Origin: Heteronotia binoei
Taxonomy: Eukaryota
Assembly (NCBI RefSeq): GCF_032191835.1
Contig: NC_083236.1
Span: 34,968,001 to 35,032,000 of the forward strand
DNA: 64,000 nucleotides
Direction: 5' to 3'
The notes beneath the pieces were generated by a model that was not told where the DNA came from, ran no database searches, and saw only the letters and a list, made by a program, of their open reading frames with translations. This document shows, piece after piece, positions 50,558 through 61,557 of the stretch; position 1 is the stretch's first letter; each line of letters begins with the position of its first letter. The translations under genes and the position numbers were made by a program.

Positions 50558-50938
50558 TAGATACGCTGCCTTGAGCTAAGAGGAAACACTCTCTGTGTGT
50601 GTACGTACACACACATATATTGGCCACTGTGTGACACAGAGTGTTGGACTGGATGGGCCATTGGCCTGATCATACATGGCTTCTCTTATGTTTTATGTGC
50701 TGTAAATATTTAAATATTTGACTGCATGGAACAGGTACATTCACAGACCCAGGCCTTCTTTCCAGGTGGGTAGCTAAGTCAGTCTATGGAAGCCAAATCA
50801 AAATGGGGGTTCGTCAACACTTTGAAAACAAACTAAATTTATTTTCAGTGTCAGCTTCCCCAAGACTGAGGTGGCTTCATTCGATGTACTATCGGTCGAC
50901 TCATACACACAAAACAGGAGTTGGGAGAAGGGTGTTAC

Positions 50939-51237
50939 CAGGCCCGTAGCTAGCTAGCGGCCCACAGGGCCTGGGCCTGGCCCCGGCCCCGACAGGTTTT
51001 GGGGGGCCCTCACCCCCCATCCCAGGGCCACCCCCCTCCTGTGTGATTTAAATTGTGCCACTGCCTCTCCCATGCCATTTAAAGGGCCCACCAATCAACT
51101 GATCAGCAGGCTCTTTAAATCACATGGGAGGGAGAGGGATGGTCTCCAGCTTCTCCATCTTTTTGCACTCGCTCCATGGGCCTTCCCCAGTGTCGTCCTG
51201 CGGCACCGTCCCCCCTTGGTCCCTAGCTACAGGGCTG
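50939..51237. mobile_element. hAT MITE just upstream of the SLC12A4 CpG island
   Basis: TIRs caggcccgtagctag / ctagctacagggctg; perfect TSD ggtgttac. Confidence 0.87.
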
Positions 51238-51379
51238 GGTGTTACCAAGAGAAGTCTCAACGAGATCCAAGAGTAACTGGTTGACACTAGAAAAGAGTCC
51301 AGTAGCCCCCAAAAGACTAACCAAATTTATGGCAGGGTGTGAGATTTCGTGAGTTCCTGCTCCCTTCTTCTGAAGGGGC

Positions 51380-52260
51380 GTGAGAAGAGCTTCTAAACAC
51401 GTGTCGTGTCAGACGAGATCCGACAGGCAGCCCCCTGCCCCCAAATCGCGGCGGGGGGGGGTGGATCCGTGCCTCCCCAAAGCAAGGAGGGCCTGCCGCA
51501 GCCCCGCTCCTTCCCCCGTCCCGCCTCTGCCTGCCGCCCTCTCTCCTCTCGCCGCGCTCGGAGGGGGAATGGGTGGAGTTGAGGCGCCGGGTTTCCTGAG
51601 AGGAAGTGACCCAAGGCAGCTGGAATGCCAGCCTGGCTGCGCCGCGACGGGGCCCCGGCTCGCTCCCTCCAGCAGCGCCCGCCTCGGGGAAGCCCGAGCG
51701 CCGCCGCCGCCGCCCGCTGGGGGTGAGGGCGAGAGGGAGCCATGCCGCATTTCACGGTGGTGCCGGTGGAGGACAAGCACCGGACGGACTACGACAACTT
51801 GGAAGGGCTCAGCTGGGTGGACTACAGCGAGCCCGGCAGCGGCGGCGGGGCGTCCCGGCAAGGCGCGCAGCTGCACCAGCGCGATGCCTACGACACGGTC
51901 AGCTCCGACGGTGAGTGGCAGCCGCGCGAGCTAGTGGGGAAAGGGCGCCTTTTGTTTGGTCTCGCCTGCTGCTGCGGCTGCTTCGCGAAAGCGGGCGTCG
52001 CCGCCTCCGCCGCTGCTCTTCGCGAGAGGGGAAATCCCGCTACGCCTGCTTTGTTCCAGGCGGAGCTGTGGCCGCTCCTAGCAAAGCAGGAGCTCGCCTC
52101 TTCCAGCGCGTCTGTTTTGGGAACGAGGCTCGACGTGCGGTTGTTGTTACTCCGCCTGCAGATTCGAGGGGCTGGGTGAAAAGCTGGCCGCCCCGACGGC
52201 ACGCGAGGCTGGGGCTTGCATCCCGCGCCAGGGCTGGCGGGACTGCGAGAGTGCTTCTGA
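51380..52260. promoter_or_regulatory. CpG island / SLC12A4 promoter region
   Basis: Very GC- and CpG-rich stretch around exon 1, with (GCC)n in the leader and an ETS-like AGGAAGTG at 51601. It contrasts with the CpG-depleted flanks. Confidence 0.9.
51742..51910 (+). CDS. SLC12A4: K-Cl cotransporter KCC1 coding exon 1
   Basis: gagccATG; MPHFTVVPVEDKHRTDYDNLEGLSWVDYSE...YDTVSSD matches the KCC1 N-terminus (MPHFTVVPV...DYDNLEGLSWVDY); donor G|GTGAGT, phase 1. Exon 2 was not found in the window. Confidence 0.96.
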
Positions 52261-54399
52261 GCATGTGCAGAGCACCCGAAGTAGACCCTGACCAGGAGGC
52301 AAGATGGGTTGAGTGTGTGTGTGTGTGTGTCTTCGGCTCTGATCACACGCGCGAAATAATACACTTTCGATCCACTTCCAGTGCACTTTCCAACTGGATT
52401 TTGCCAGTTCAGACAGTAAAGTCCAGTTGCAAAGTGCACTGTTAGTGGATTGAAAGTGCATTATTTAGTGTGTTGGTGCTTTCACACATGCTAAATAATG
52501 CACTTTCAAGCTACTGGGTTTTACTGTACGAAATGGCAAAATGCACTTGCAAACAGTAGCTGAAGTGGATTGAAACTGCATTTTTAGCATGTGTGAAAGT
52601 GCCCTGTGTGACTGCAGCCTCAGTGTCAACCCCATGCTTCAAGCCTCGAAGCCAGGCCAGGCTGGTTCACCAGAGCAAATAAGCATTTCTGAACATATAT
52701 AGAGTTTCCCTGGCAGCCCTGACTGGGAGGCAAGACTGGGATGGAGCTTGTGGCCACTGATGTTTAAACCAGCCCTAGAACAAAGTTTGAGTCCAGTAGC
52801 ACTTTTTAGGCCAAACAAGGTTTACTCAAGGTATGATTTTTTCATGTGCACACCCACTTCTTCAGATACCACGAAACCAGCCCTAGTTTGACTGCTTGGA
52901 ATAAGAGCCATCACAGAATAAATGTTTCTGAGCATGTGCAGAGTTCTCTTGGCCGCCTTTGCTAGGAGGCAAGCTGAGAAATGGGGGTGATGCTAGGCCT
53001 CAGGTGGTTAGTTGGGGGTGTCACGGACTAGTTTTACGCATGTTCACCTGGGAGTAAGCCCCGTTGTGGGCAGGCGCCCTTCTTGTGCCTGAGCATCTAA
53101 ATGCCCCTTTCCATGAAATAAGGCAGGATCTGCCAGGGGGCTCCCTTGCATGAGGTCTCCTTCCATGCTCTGGATGCTGGTCAGGAAATCTGTCTGGTGA
53201 ATTCGGGCTCAAGGTCAGATTTTTCCTGGTTCTTAAATCAGGTTCAGAATCCACTGACCCAAAAAGGCATCTGGCTTGCTTTGCCATGCGATCAGACCAG
53301 GTCTACTTACGCAGCAAGCACACAGAGAATCAGGGTATCAAGATGGCTGGCAGGTGGATTGGATCTTTGGTTTACAATCCAGTCACAGTGGCTCCAGCAC
53401 AAGCACATAAAACAGTGCTTTTGCACAGCTCGCTTTCATGCCAATGACGCTTGCACAAAATATCTTCCGGGCAGATTCTGAGTTGCAGAATGGGCTGAAG
53501 TTGCCAGTTAGAATCTGTGTCTCTGGCTCCAAAAGGGCATGGAGTTAATTTCCCTTCTGCATAACTTGGCCTCAAGTTTTAGAAACAAAGCATCATGTGA
53601 TGCAATCCCTGATCCCAGAGGCTCACTAGAGAATATGAAAGTTTCCTATCTGCTTTAGACCAAAGGTCTGACTTTCTCTGTCACCAGCTAGATGCCTTTG
53701 GGATGTTGACTGTGTGACGAGAAGATAACAGTGGCCAGCATTCAATGTCCAGAGGTGTACTGCCCTTATGCATGAGCATTTCATTAATCTGTTATGGTTT
53801 ATAACTGCTGTTAGGATTTCCCTTCATGAATGAATGTAAAGGGCTCAGACGCAAAGTTTGAATGAGGACTCTTATACTGGTTGAGTACCAAGGGCAATTT
53901 CAGGTGTCTCTATTGGGAGAGAAGAGAGAACACCTGTCTGCATTCTAATGCCTTCTTCTGAACGTAGTAAAGGAATCTGGATGAAGTGCAGTGCTCAAAA
54001 TGGCTTGGCAAAGTCCTAAAGGGTTAACAAAGGGTGAAGAAAAAAAGACAGATTGTAAGCATGTGGGTGGGTTATTATTATTAATTATTCAGTTTAATTG
54101 ATCACTCCATCACAGCTGTCCCCAGGCTCTGGGCAATGTACATCAGTTAATAGGAAACAACACATGGATTAAAACCAATATACCAGTTTAAAGTTAAAAA
54201 AACATTTTGCAAACTCCTTTGCTTCCCTACTAATTTCGTTCTTATTCTGGCCTACTGGGTGTTGTGCTGGGAGGGCAGGGGAGACTTAGAGGGGTGGGAA
54301 ATGAAGGTGCCAGCAAAATGAAGGTTGGTGGTATGGGACATCCTCTGGTGGTATGGGGCTGGACTGGGAGACCTTTGGGTGCATTCTACCTCCATTCTA

Positions 54400-55085
54400 T
54401 TTTTCCCCCAAATTGTATTTATAAAGTTTTCATAAAATGAGTAAGCATATACAGCTATTAACCATTTACAGCTAAAGATAACAAACTATTTAAACTGTTA
54501 TTTTGACAACATTTAAATACCTGACACATAATATAATACAAAATCTAAATATCTAGTGGGAACTTTACAATTTCCAGTAACATTATTCACATAATCAAAA
54601 ATAACATACCATTTCTCAACAAAATGATTTCCAAGTTCCAGATTCTCCATTTGTAATAATTGTGTTGCAAGTGTATCCTTTATTACTATGCCACAAACCT
54701 TCAAAAAGCAACTTTTAATTGTGGGGATCTAATTAGATTTCCAAGACTGAGCTAAAGCCATTTCCCCAGCTGTTAACAGGAGTGAAATAAATTTAGCTTG
54801 TAGAGAATGAAATGAATGATCTGGCCGGTGCTTCAGTAGGTCTAATTCTGGTATGCAAGGAACTATACTGCCCACTATTTCTGTAATTTTGGCAGTGATT
54901 AGAGACCAGTATCTTTGAACTTTTGGGCAATGCCACCAACAATGCAGGAATGAACCATCCACCTCCATTCTATAGGAATCTAGGGGATCTCTATAGAAAA
55001 GATACCCGAAGACCAAACTGTGGACATAATTGTGCCTACATTTTCTGCTGCAACTCAGATAACACCATGAATGGGGCCATTTGGG
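54400..55085 (-). mobile_element. Older L1-clade LINE 3' fragment
   Basis: Minus-strand GSFLHCWWHCPKVQRYWSLI...LLLTAGEMALAQSWK resembles the L1 ORF2 C-terminus; degenerate. Confidence 0.75.
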
Positions 55086-56164
55086 TCAGGATAGTACACA
55101 CAGTGAAGTTGTGAGGTAGGTGCGACTGAGAGAGCTCTGAGAGAACTCCTGAGAGAGCAGCTCTTTCAAGAACTGTGACTGACCCAGGGTCACTCAGCAG
55201 CTGCATTGTTCTCCCAGATTAGAATCTGTGTACTTAACCACTACACCAAATAAATATGTATGTGGAAGTGCTGGCCACCTGCTAAGTGTTTAAATGCAAG
55301 GGTTCTTCTAAGCAGGTACTGAATTCGTTTTGCTTACTATTGAGTAGCTGGGATTTCTACTGAAGATTAGGGTGTTCAAATTCCGGAGATGTTATTTCTA
55401 GGCTGGCATTTGTTACTCTAGAAACTGAGTGCTGGGTTTCTTTCTGGCCCAGTGGCATGCACTATACATCGCACCTCTTTGTCCTGTACCAATTTTCTGT
55501 GCAAACATCATCTCACAAGACCTGGGAATTCTGGCAAACCTGAACATCTGGGGAATTTAGACATCTTTTCTTAGATGCCTTGGAAACCAGGGTGATTCCA
55601 GATGCTTTTGGAGAGTCAGAAATACGAAAAGCATTTCTGTATGCATCGGAGGGGTTGCAGAGCTTTCCACATGTTCCTCCTCCACCCTCGCTTTTTCTCC
55701 TCCCCTCCCCGCCCATACAAGCAGTCAGACGACTGAAAGTCCCTCCACCCTCCCTGCCGGTTCATTTCAAGTTTCCATGAATGGGGGGACTGTTGATGTC
55801 TGGGAAAGTCCATCATGGGAAAGAATGGCCAGCTGTTCCTTTTGCTGGCGGGCAGAGAGTGGTGGAGCCCTAGGCTGCTGGCTCAGCGGTTCATCCCGGT
55901 GACTCTAAGCAAGAAAAAACTGCAGAGAATATGGGCACATGGCACGGTGGGGTGCACTTGTGTCCCAGGGTATCTCTAAATTATAAAATATAATGATCAA
56001 ATATATAAATTATACAATATAGTTATAAATTATAACTAAAGGAATAAATCACGGAAGCTGACAGATACCTTCTTGTAAAATGGTGATTTTGTATTCCTCT
56101 TCAAGGGGAATGCGTCTCTAGGAATTGTGGGATGAAATAGGTTTTCTGGGGTCTGTACTAAGCC

Positions 56165-57025
56165 CATCTGAGAAGCTAAATGCAAACAACAGCCACGGTG
56201 TTAAATATACTATATGTAATGTAAACTATTATAAATAATCAATTCTGTGTGCAGACAATAAATGATCCAAAATGCCCAAGAACGTTCACAATTTTTAGAA
56301 ATCTACATGTTAGGAATACAGTTCTGTTATCACCATGTATAATAAATGTTCATTTTCAACTTTTAACTGTTTCAACGAGACAACCAGCCATCTGTTGCAT
56401 CGCAGTTGAGAGTCACCTTTAAAGAGGAAGACAGAAACATCTACAATATAGACTCACATACTTCTAGTTGAGAATGGAAACATCCACTTTATAGAGTCTT
56501 TTATTTTGAGTTGAGTGAAAGTTTAAAGCTGAAAACTAACATTTATTATACATGCTGCTAAACATATTGTAAATTTCTAAACATTGTGAATTTTTGTGGT
56601 TATTTTGGATTATTTGCGCATATAATTATTTATAATAGTTTACATTACATATAGCAGGGGTGACCAAACTGTGGCTTGGAAGCCACATATGGCTTTTTCA
56701 CACATATTGTGTGGCTTTTGAAGCCCCCCCCCCGAAATTGGTCAGCTTGCAAAAAGCATTTGTCTCTTTAAATCCCTTCTCCAAGCCAAGCCAGTCAGCA
56801 GCTTAGAGAATGCATTTAAAGTTAAAGTTGCTTTCTTTCCACATTTCCTCCTCCCTGTATTCCTTCCTCCCTCCCTCCCTCGCAGCTCTCAAACATCTAA
56901 CATTCATGTCTTACAGCTCTCAGACATCTAACATTTATTCTGTGTGGCTCTTATGCTAAGCAAGTTTGGCCACCCCTTGACATGCAGTATATTTTACATG
57001 GTGTGGTTGTTGTTTGTGTTTAGTC
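56165..57025. repeat. Degenerate AT-rich long inverted repeat, right arm split by a hAT element (56655-56979)
   Basis: 56210-56239 is the exact reverse complement of 56625-56654. Looser complementarity continues inward and resumes after the hAT TSD (acatatag/acatgcag). Confidence 0.8.
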
Positions 57026-58405
57026 TTACCACCATGGTCCTTGTTTGTTCTAATTCAGTCTGAGGAGCAGGGTTTGCTGGTTAGTACTTGGACAGGAGAT
57101 CACCAAGGAAGTCCGTGGTTGCTGTGCAGGGGCAGGTGATGGCAAACCACCTCCATTTGTCTCTTGCCTTGAAAACGCTATGGAGTTGCCAGATGTTGGA
57201 CATGACTCACGGGTAAAGTAACTGGTCTGCATGCAGAAGGTCCAAGGTTCAATTCTCCAGCATCTCCTGTTAAAAGGATCAAGTAGTAGACAATAGCCCT
57301 GACCTGGAGATCCTGATCTCAGAAGCTGATCAGTGTTGACTTTGGTTAGTATTTGGGTTGGAGACTGCCAAGAAATAGAAGAGTCTCTATTCAGGGGCAG
57401 GCAATGGCAAACTACCTTTGAACGTCTCTGGTCTTAACAATCACACAGGGTCACCATAAGTGTGGCTGCAACCTGTCAGCCAAAAAAAAGGGGGGGGTAG
57501 GTGAGCCCTGGGAGAGCTCTACCACTGGATTATAGCCCTTCTCTTTTCAAACACCTTAGCGTGGTGTTGATAGGGATTCTTTAATTTCATTCTCATAAAT
57601 ACAATTTGAAATAATATCCTTACCAATAGGTTCTGAGTCTTTCCCAGCCGGCCTTTTTGAGATTTTTTTTTTTTGTATAAAGATGCCAAGGGTTATTGAG
57701 GAAACACACGACTGGATAAAACTAACTGTCCATCTAATCTAGCATTGTGTCTGGTTAGTGGCAAGCCAGATACACCCAGGAGATTCACTGGCAGCACACA
57801 GAGGCCAAAACCGCCTCTCAGCAACATTCATGAGATACCCTGCTTCTGAACATGGAGGTTCCATTGAGCCACTGATAACGATTCTCTATGGATTTGTCTA
57901 ATCCCCCTTTAACGCCAAAAAATCTGTCCCACATGCTAAAAGAACCACGTCAGATGGGATACTGTGTGTAGTAGCTGTTGTTCTTTGAAATAATCCACCT
58001 GTCCTTGCCAAAAAATTTAAGCCAATGTAACACTGGTGTGACTTGAAATGAGTGTGAATGCAGTTCTGGGTGTAATTTTCCTCCACCTACATTTCCGCAT
58101 ACATTTGGACTTTGAGGTGTTCTGGAATTGTTTTTGTGCTTGCTTAGATTTCTGTATAAATAGTGCAGCTCACAGGTCTAAAAAATAGAGGTTCTAGTCC
58201 TAAAGGGTGTGGGTTGGATCCTGCCCACTTTTCTGCTGACAAAAGAAGGAGGGGCCCCTTTTTGTGTCCCAAAAGACTATTTGATGGTGTGCCCTCTAAG
58301 CTGTGCAGGTGAGCTGCAGCCTCTCATTAACCCAGAAAGCCCCGCTCAGCAGTGGTCTGGAGCCAAGCAGGGTCTTGCACTGCCCGTTGCCTATTTAAAT
58401 ATTTA

Positions 58406-58701
58406 AAAGGTAAAGGTAGTCCCCTGTGCAAGCACCAGTCATTTCTGACTCTGGGGTGATGTCACTTTCATGATGTTTTCATGGCCGACTTTTTGACGGG
58501 GTGGTTAGCCTTTGCCTTCCGCAGTCATCTACACTTTACCTCCAGCAAGCTGGGTACTCATTTTACCAACCTCAGAAGGATGGAAGGCTGAGTCAACCTT
58601 GAGCCAGCTACTTGATCCCAGCTTCTGCCAGGATCAAACTCAGGTCATGAGCAGAGCTTGGACTGCAGTACTGCAGGTTGCTATTCTACACCATGGGGCT
58701 C
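58406..58701 (-). mobile_element. Sauria SINE (Squam1-like)
   Basis: Reverse complement of the 42581 copy, with (ACCTTT)n tail (aaaggtaaaggt). Confidence 0.85.
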
Positions 58702-61282
58702 TTATTTTAATATTACAGCAGTTCTCTTCTGCTCAGGATGTGAACTGCTCCACTCAGTAATGTGTGTGTATGGCGGGGGTGGGGGGAGGTTAGAGGAATA
58801 TTGACTATGGATCCTGCGACCCATGTGTACAAAAGCCATTCAGGATGATGGTTCTGGTAAGGAGAAGAATTAGGCAAAAAATAATGGAAAAATTTATAGG
58901 AACCATGCCACTGTTCTTTAGACGTTCAGGTTTATAGAAGTCTGTTTTATATAATCTAAGTAAACATGATTTTTTTTTTAAAAAAAAGGTAAATTAAACT
59001 CCTTAATCTCATGCTGCTGTTTGCTTTTTCTTCTCTGCTGCTCACTTTATTTCCTTTGGCTTGTCTTTAAATACACATTCATAGATATCAAATAGGGGGA
59101 ATTTAAAAGCTCATTCCACAAACCACACTTTGCTGGGCAGAACGCCAGGCATGGAGGTTTTGTGCATGTGCAGAGACAGCAGGCCTGGCTGCCAGTTGTA
59201 GCTGTTCTAGTTGAAATCCTAAGAAAGCAAGGATCCCCCCATGCATGTTTCCATTTGGGGCTGAGGCTCAGTGACTGAGTGTGCAGAAAGTCCCTGGTTC
59301 AGTCCCCATGGTCTCCAGTTAAAAGGGTTAGGTAGTGTCAAAGACCTCTGCTTGAGGATCCTGGAGAGCTGCTACTAGTCAGAGTAGGCAATATCAACCT
59401 TGATAAATCAATGGTTTTATTCAATAGAAGGCAATTTCATATATCCAACCCCCCTCAATCATTTATCTTTGCAGACATACTTGTGCATAGAAGATCTGCA
59501 TTTCTTCAGCACTGAACATTGCTGAGTCCTGCCACTCTGGAGGCAATGGAAGTAATTAGAAGTCCAGTGTGGCTGGAGTGTGGGTCTAGGAGATCTGGGT
59601 TCAGATTCATGCTCTACCATGAAACTTGCTAAGTGGCATTGGGTTTCTCTCTGTCTGTCTGTCTCTCTCTCTCTTGCAGACTCAAATCTGGGAGAACTGG
59701 GTGGGCCTCCACATGCAGCTGCTGGTATGAATTTGGGTCAGTCACAAGCTCTCTCAGAGCTGTTCTCTCAAGAGTAGTTCTCTAAAGAGCTCTCTCAGCC
59801 CTACCTACTTCACAGGGTGTCTGTTGTGGGGAGAGGAAAGGAAGGAGATTGTAAGCCTCTCTGAGACTCCAAGTGAAGGGCAGGTATCCACTCTCCTCCT
59901 CCTCTCTCTCTCTCCCTCCCTCCCCCCCTCTAATTTTACAGGTTTGGTTGTGAGTAGAAAGACAAGCCTTGAGGTGGTTGGAAGAAAGATGGGATTAAAA
60001 TGTACTGGATGAGACATAGCACTGTCTGATATTGCCAAATGCCTGCTGGTACTTCCCATAATGTCCTAGTTCCTACCAGCACTGTCAAATGTGTGCTCAT
60101 GATGCACAGGACTTTGGGCAGGCAATCCATCTGTCAGTGCACCTAAAGAGATGCTGATTGAGTCTGAGCCAATCAGATTTGTGGGAACAGGCTACCAAGG
60201 CTTTGAACATTCTATGGCAGTTATGGAGTGTGTGTAACCAGCTGTTGGCTGGTGAAGATGCTGGCTGGTGGAGATTGGCTCAGATGTGGAACATATGTGC
60301 ATTTTGGACATGTGCTTCTTAGCAATTAACTGAGAACCTTTTTCCAGAAAATATTCTCTCCATTGCTGTACAGGCAGTCCCTGAAGCCAAATGAGGCTGT
60401 GTCTAAGCTTGCTAGATCCTCAAACACCAGCAAATCTGGGTGTGTTTTCACTTAACCTTTTGTTTGCAAGTGGTATTATTTTTTGCCTCAGTTCTACCCG
60501 TGTCATGTATGTGCTTTGCTGAGTAAATGAGGTAGGCTGGATTGGGTGAGGGCAATATGGCAGACACGTTTGTTGCTGTTTGCACTTGTTGCTGAAACAG
60601 TGCCTTCAGCCATATGTTGAATTGGCAAACAAGTTTCTGTTTGTTTGCTTACAATGTTTATATGCCCCTCTTTTCAAATAAACTTAAGGCAGATTGCTAA
60701 AGCTATTTAAAACCATTAAATAACATAGAACACAATATTTGAAACCAGTAAATAGCTTGGAGCTTGGAGAATGCATTTAAAGTTAAAGTTGCTTTCTTTC
60801 CATCTTTCCCTTCCTCTCTCTGTTTGCTTACCTGCCTTTCTGCCTTCCTTCCTGTCTTGCAGCTCTTAAATATCTGACATTCATGTATTGTGGCTCTCAT
60901 ATATCTGACAGTTATTCTGTGTGGCTCTTACATTAAGCAAGTTTGGCCACTCCTGGCATAGAGGTAAATTGTGTGTAAAGTTACTGTCAAGTTGCAGCTG
61001 ATTTATGGTGCCCCTGTAGGCCGGGTTTTCTAGGCAAGAGACCACAGAGCTGGTTTGCCATTGCCTGCTTCCTTGATTGAAATATTACCTAGCACTGACC
61101 CTGCTTAGCTTCTCTGATCTGACAGGCTCAGGTTAGCCTGGGCCATTGGGGGCAACCTGACTGGTGAGTAGTCCCACCAGGTAGGCGCCACAGCTGAGAA
61201 GGCTGTAAAAGGTTCACATTTGTTTACTGGTGAGGGTCAAGAGGCCCTACTCAGATGAGTGGATCTGACTCCTGTAGTTGTA

Positions 61283-61557
61283 GAAGAAGAAGAAGATACT
61301 GGATTTATATCCCACTCTATACTCTGAATCTCAGAGTGGTCACAATCTCCTTTTACCTCCCCCCCCCCAACAGACACTTTGTGAGGTAGGTGGGGCTGAG
61401 AGAGCTCTTACAGCAGCTGCCCTTTCAAGGACAACTCTGTGGGAGCTATGGCTGACCCAAGGCCATTCCAGCAGGTGCAAGTGGAGGAGTGGGGAATCAA
61501 ACCCGGTTCTCCTAGATAAGATTCCACAAACTTACGTAACTATTACACCAAACTGGC
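61283..61557 (-). mobile_element. Squam2-like SINE
   Basis: Reverse complement of the 12199 family, including tail gaagaagaagatactggatttatatcc. Confidence 0.82.

Noticed and set aside
51820-51910. KCC1 exon 1 about 18 codons longer than human
   Set aside because: Low-complexity N-terminal region that varies in length among vertebrates; novelty cannot be supported.
51380-52461. Multiple 100-185 aa ORFs on both strands
   Set aside because: Stop-codon scarcity in the CpG island; only 51742-51910 matches a known protein.
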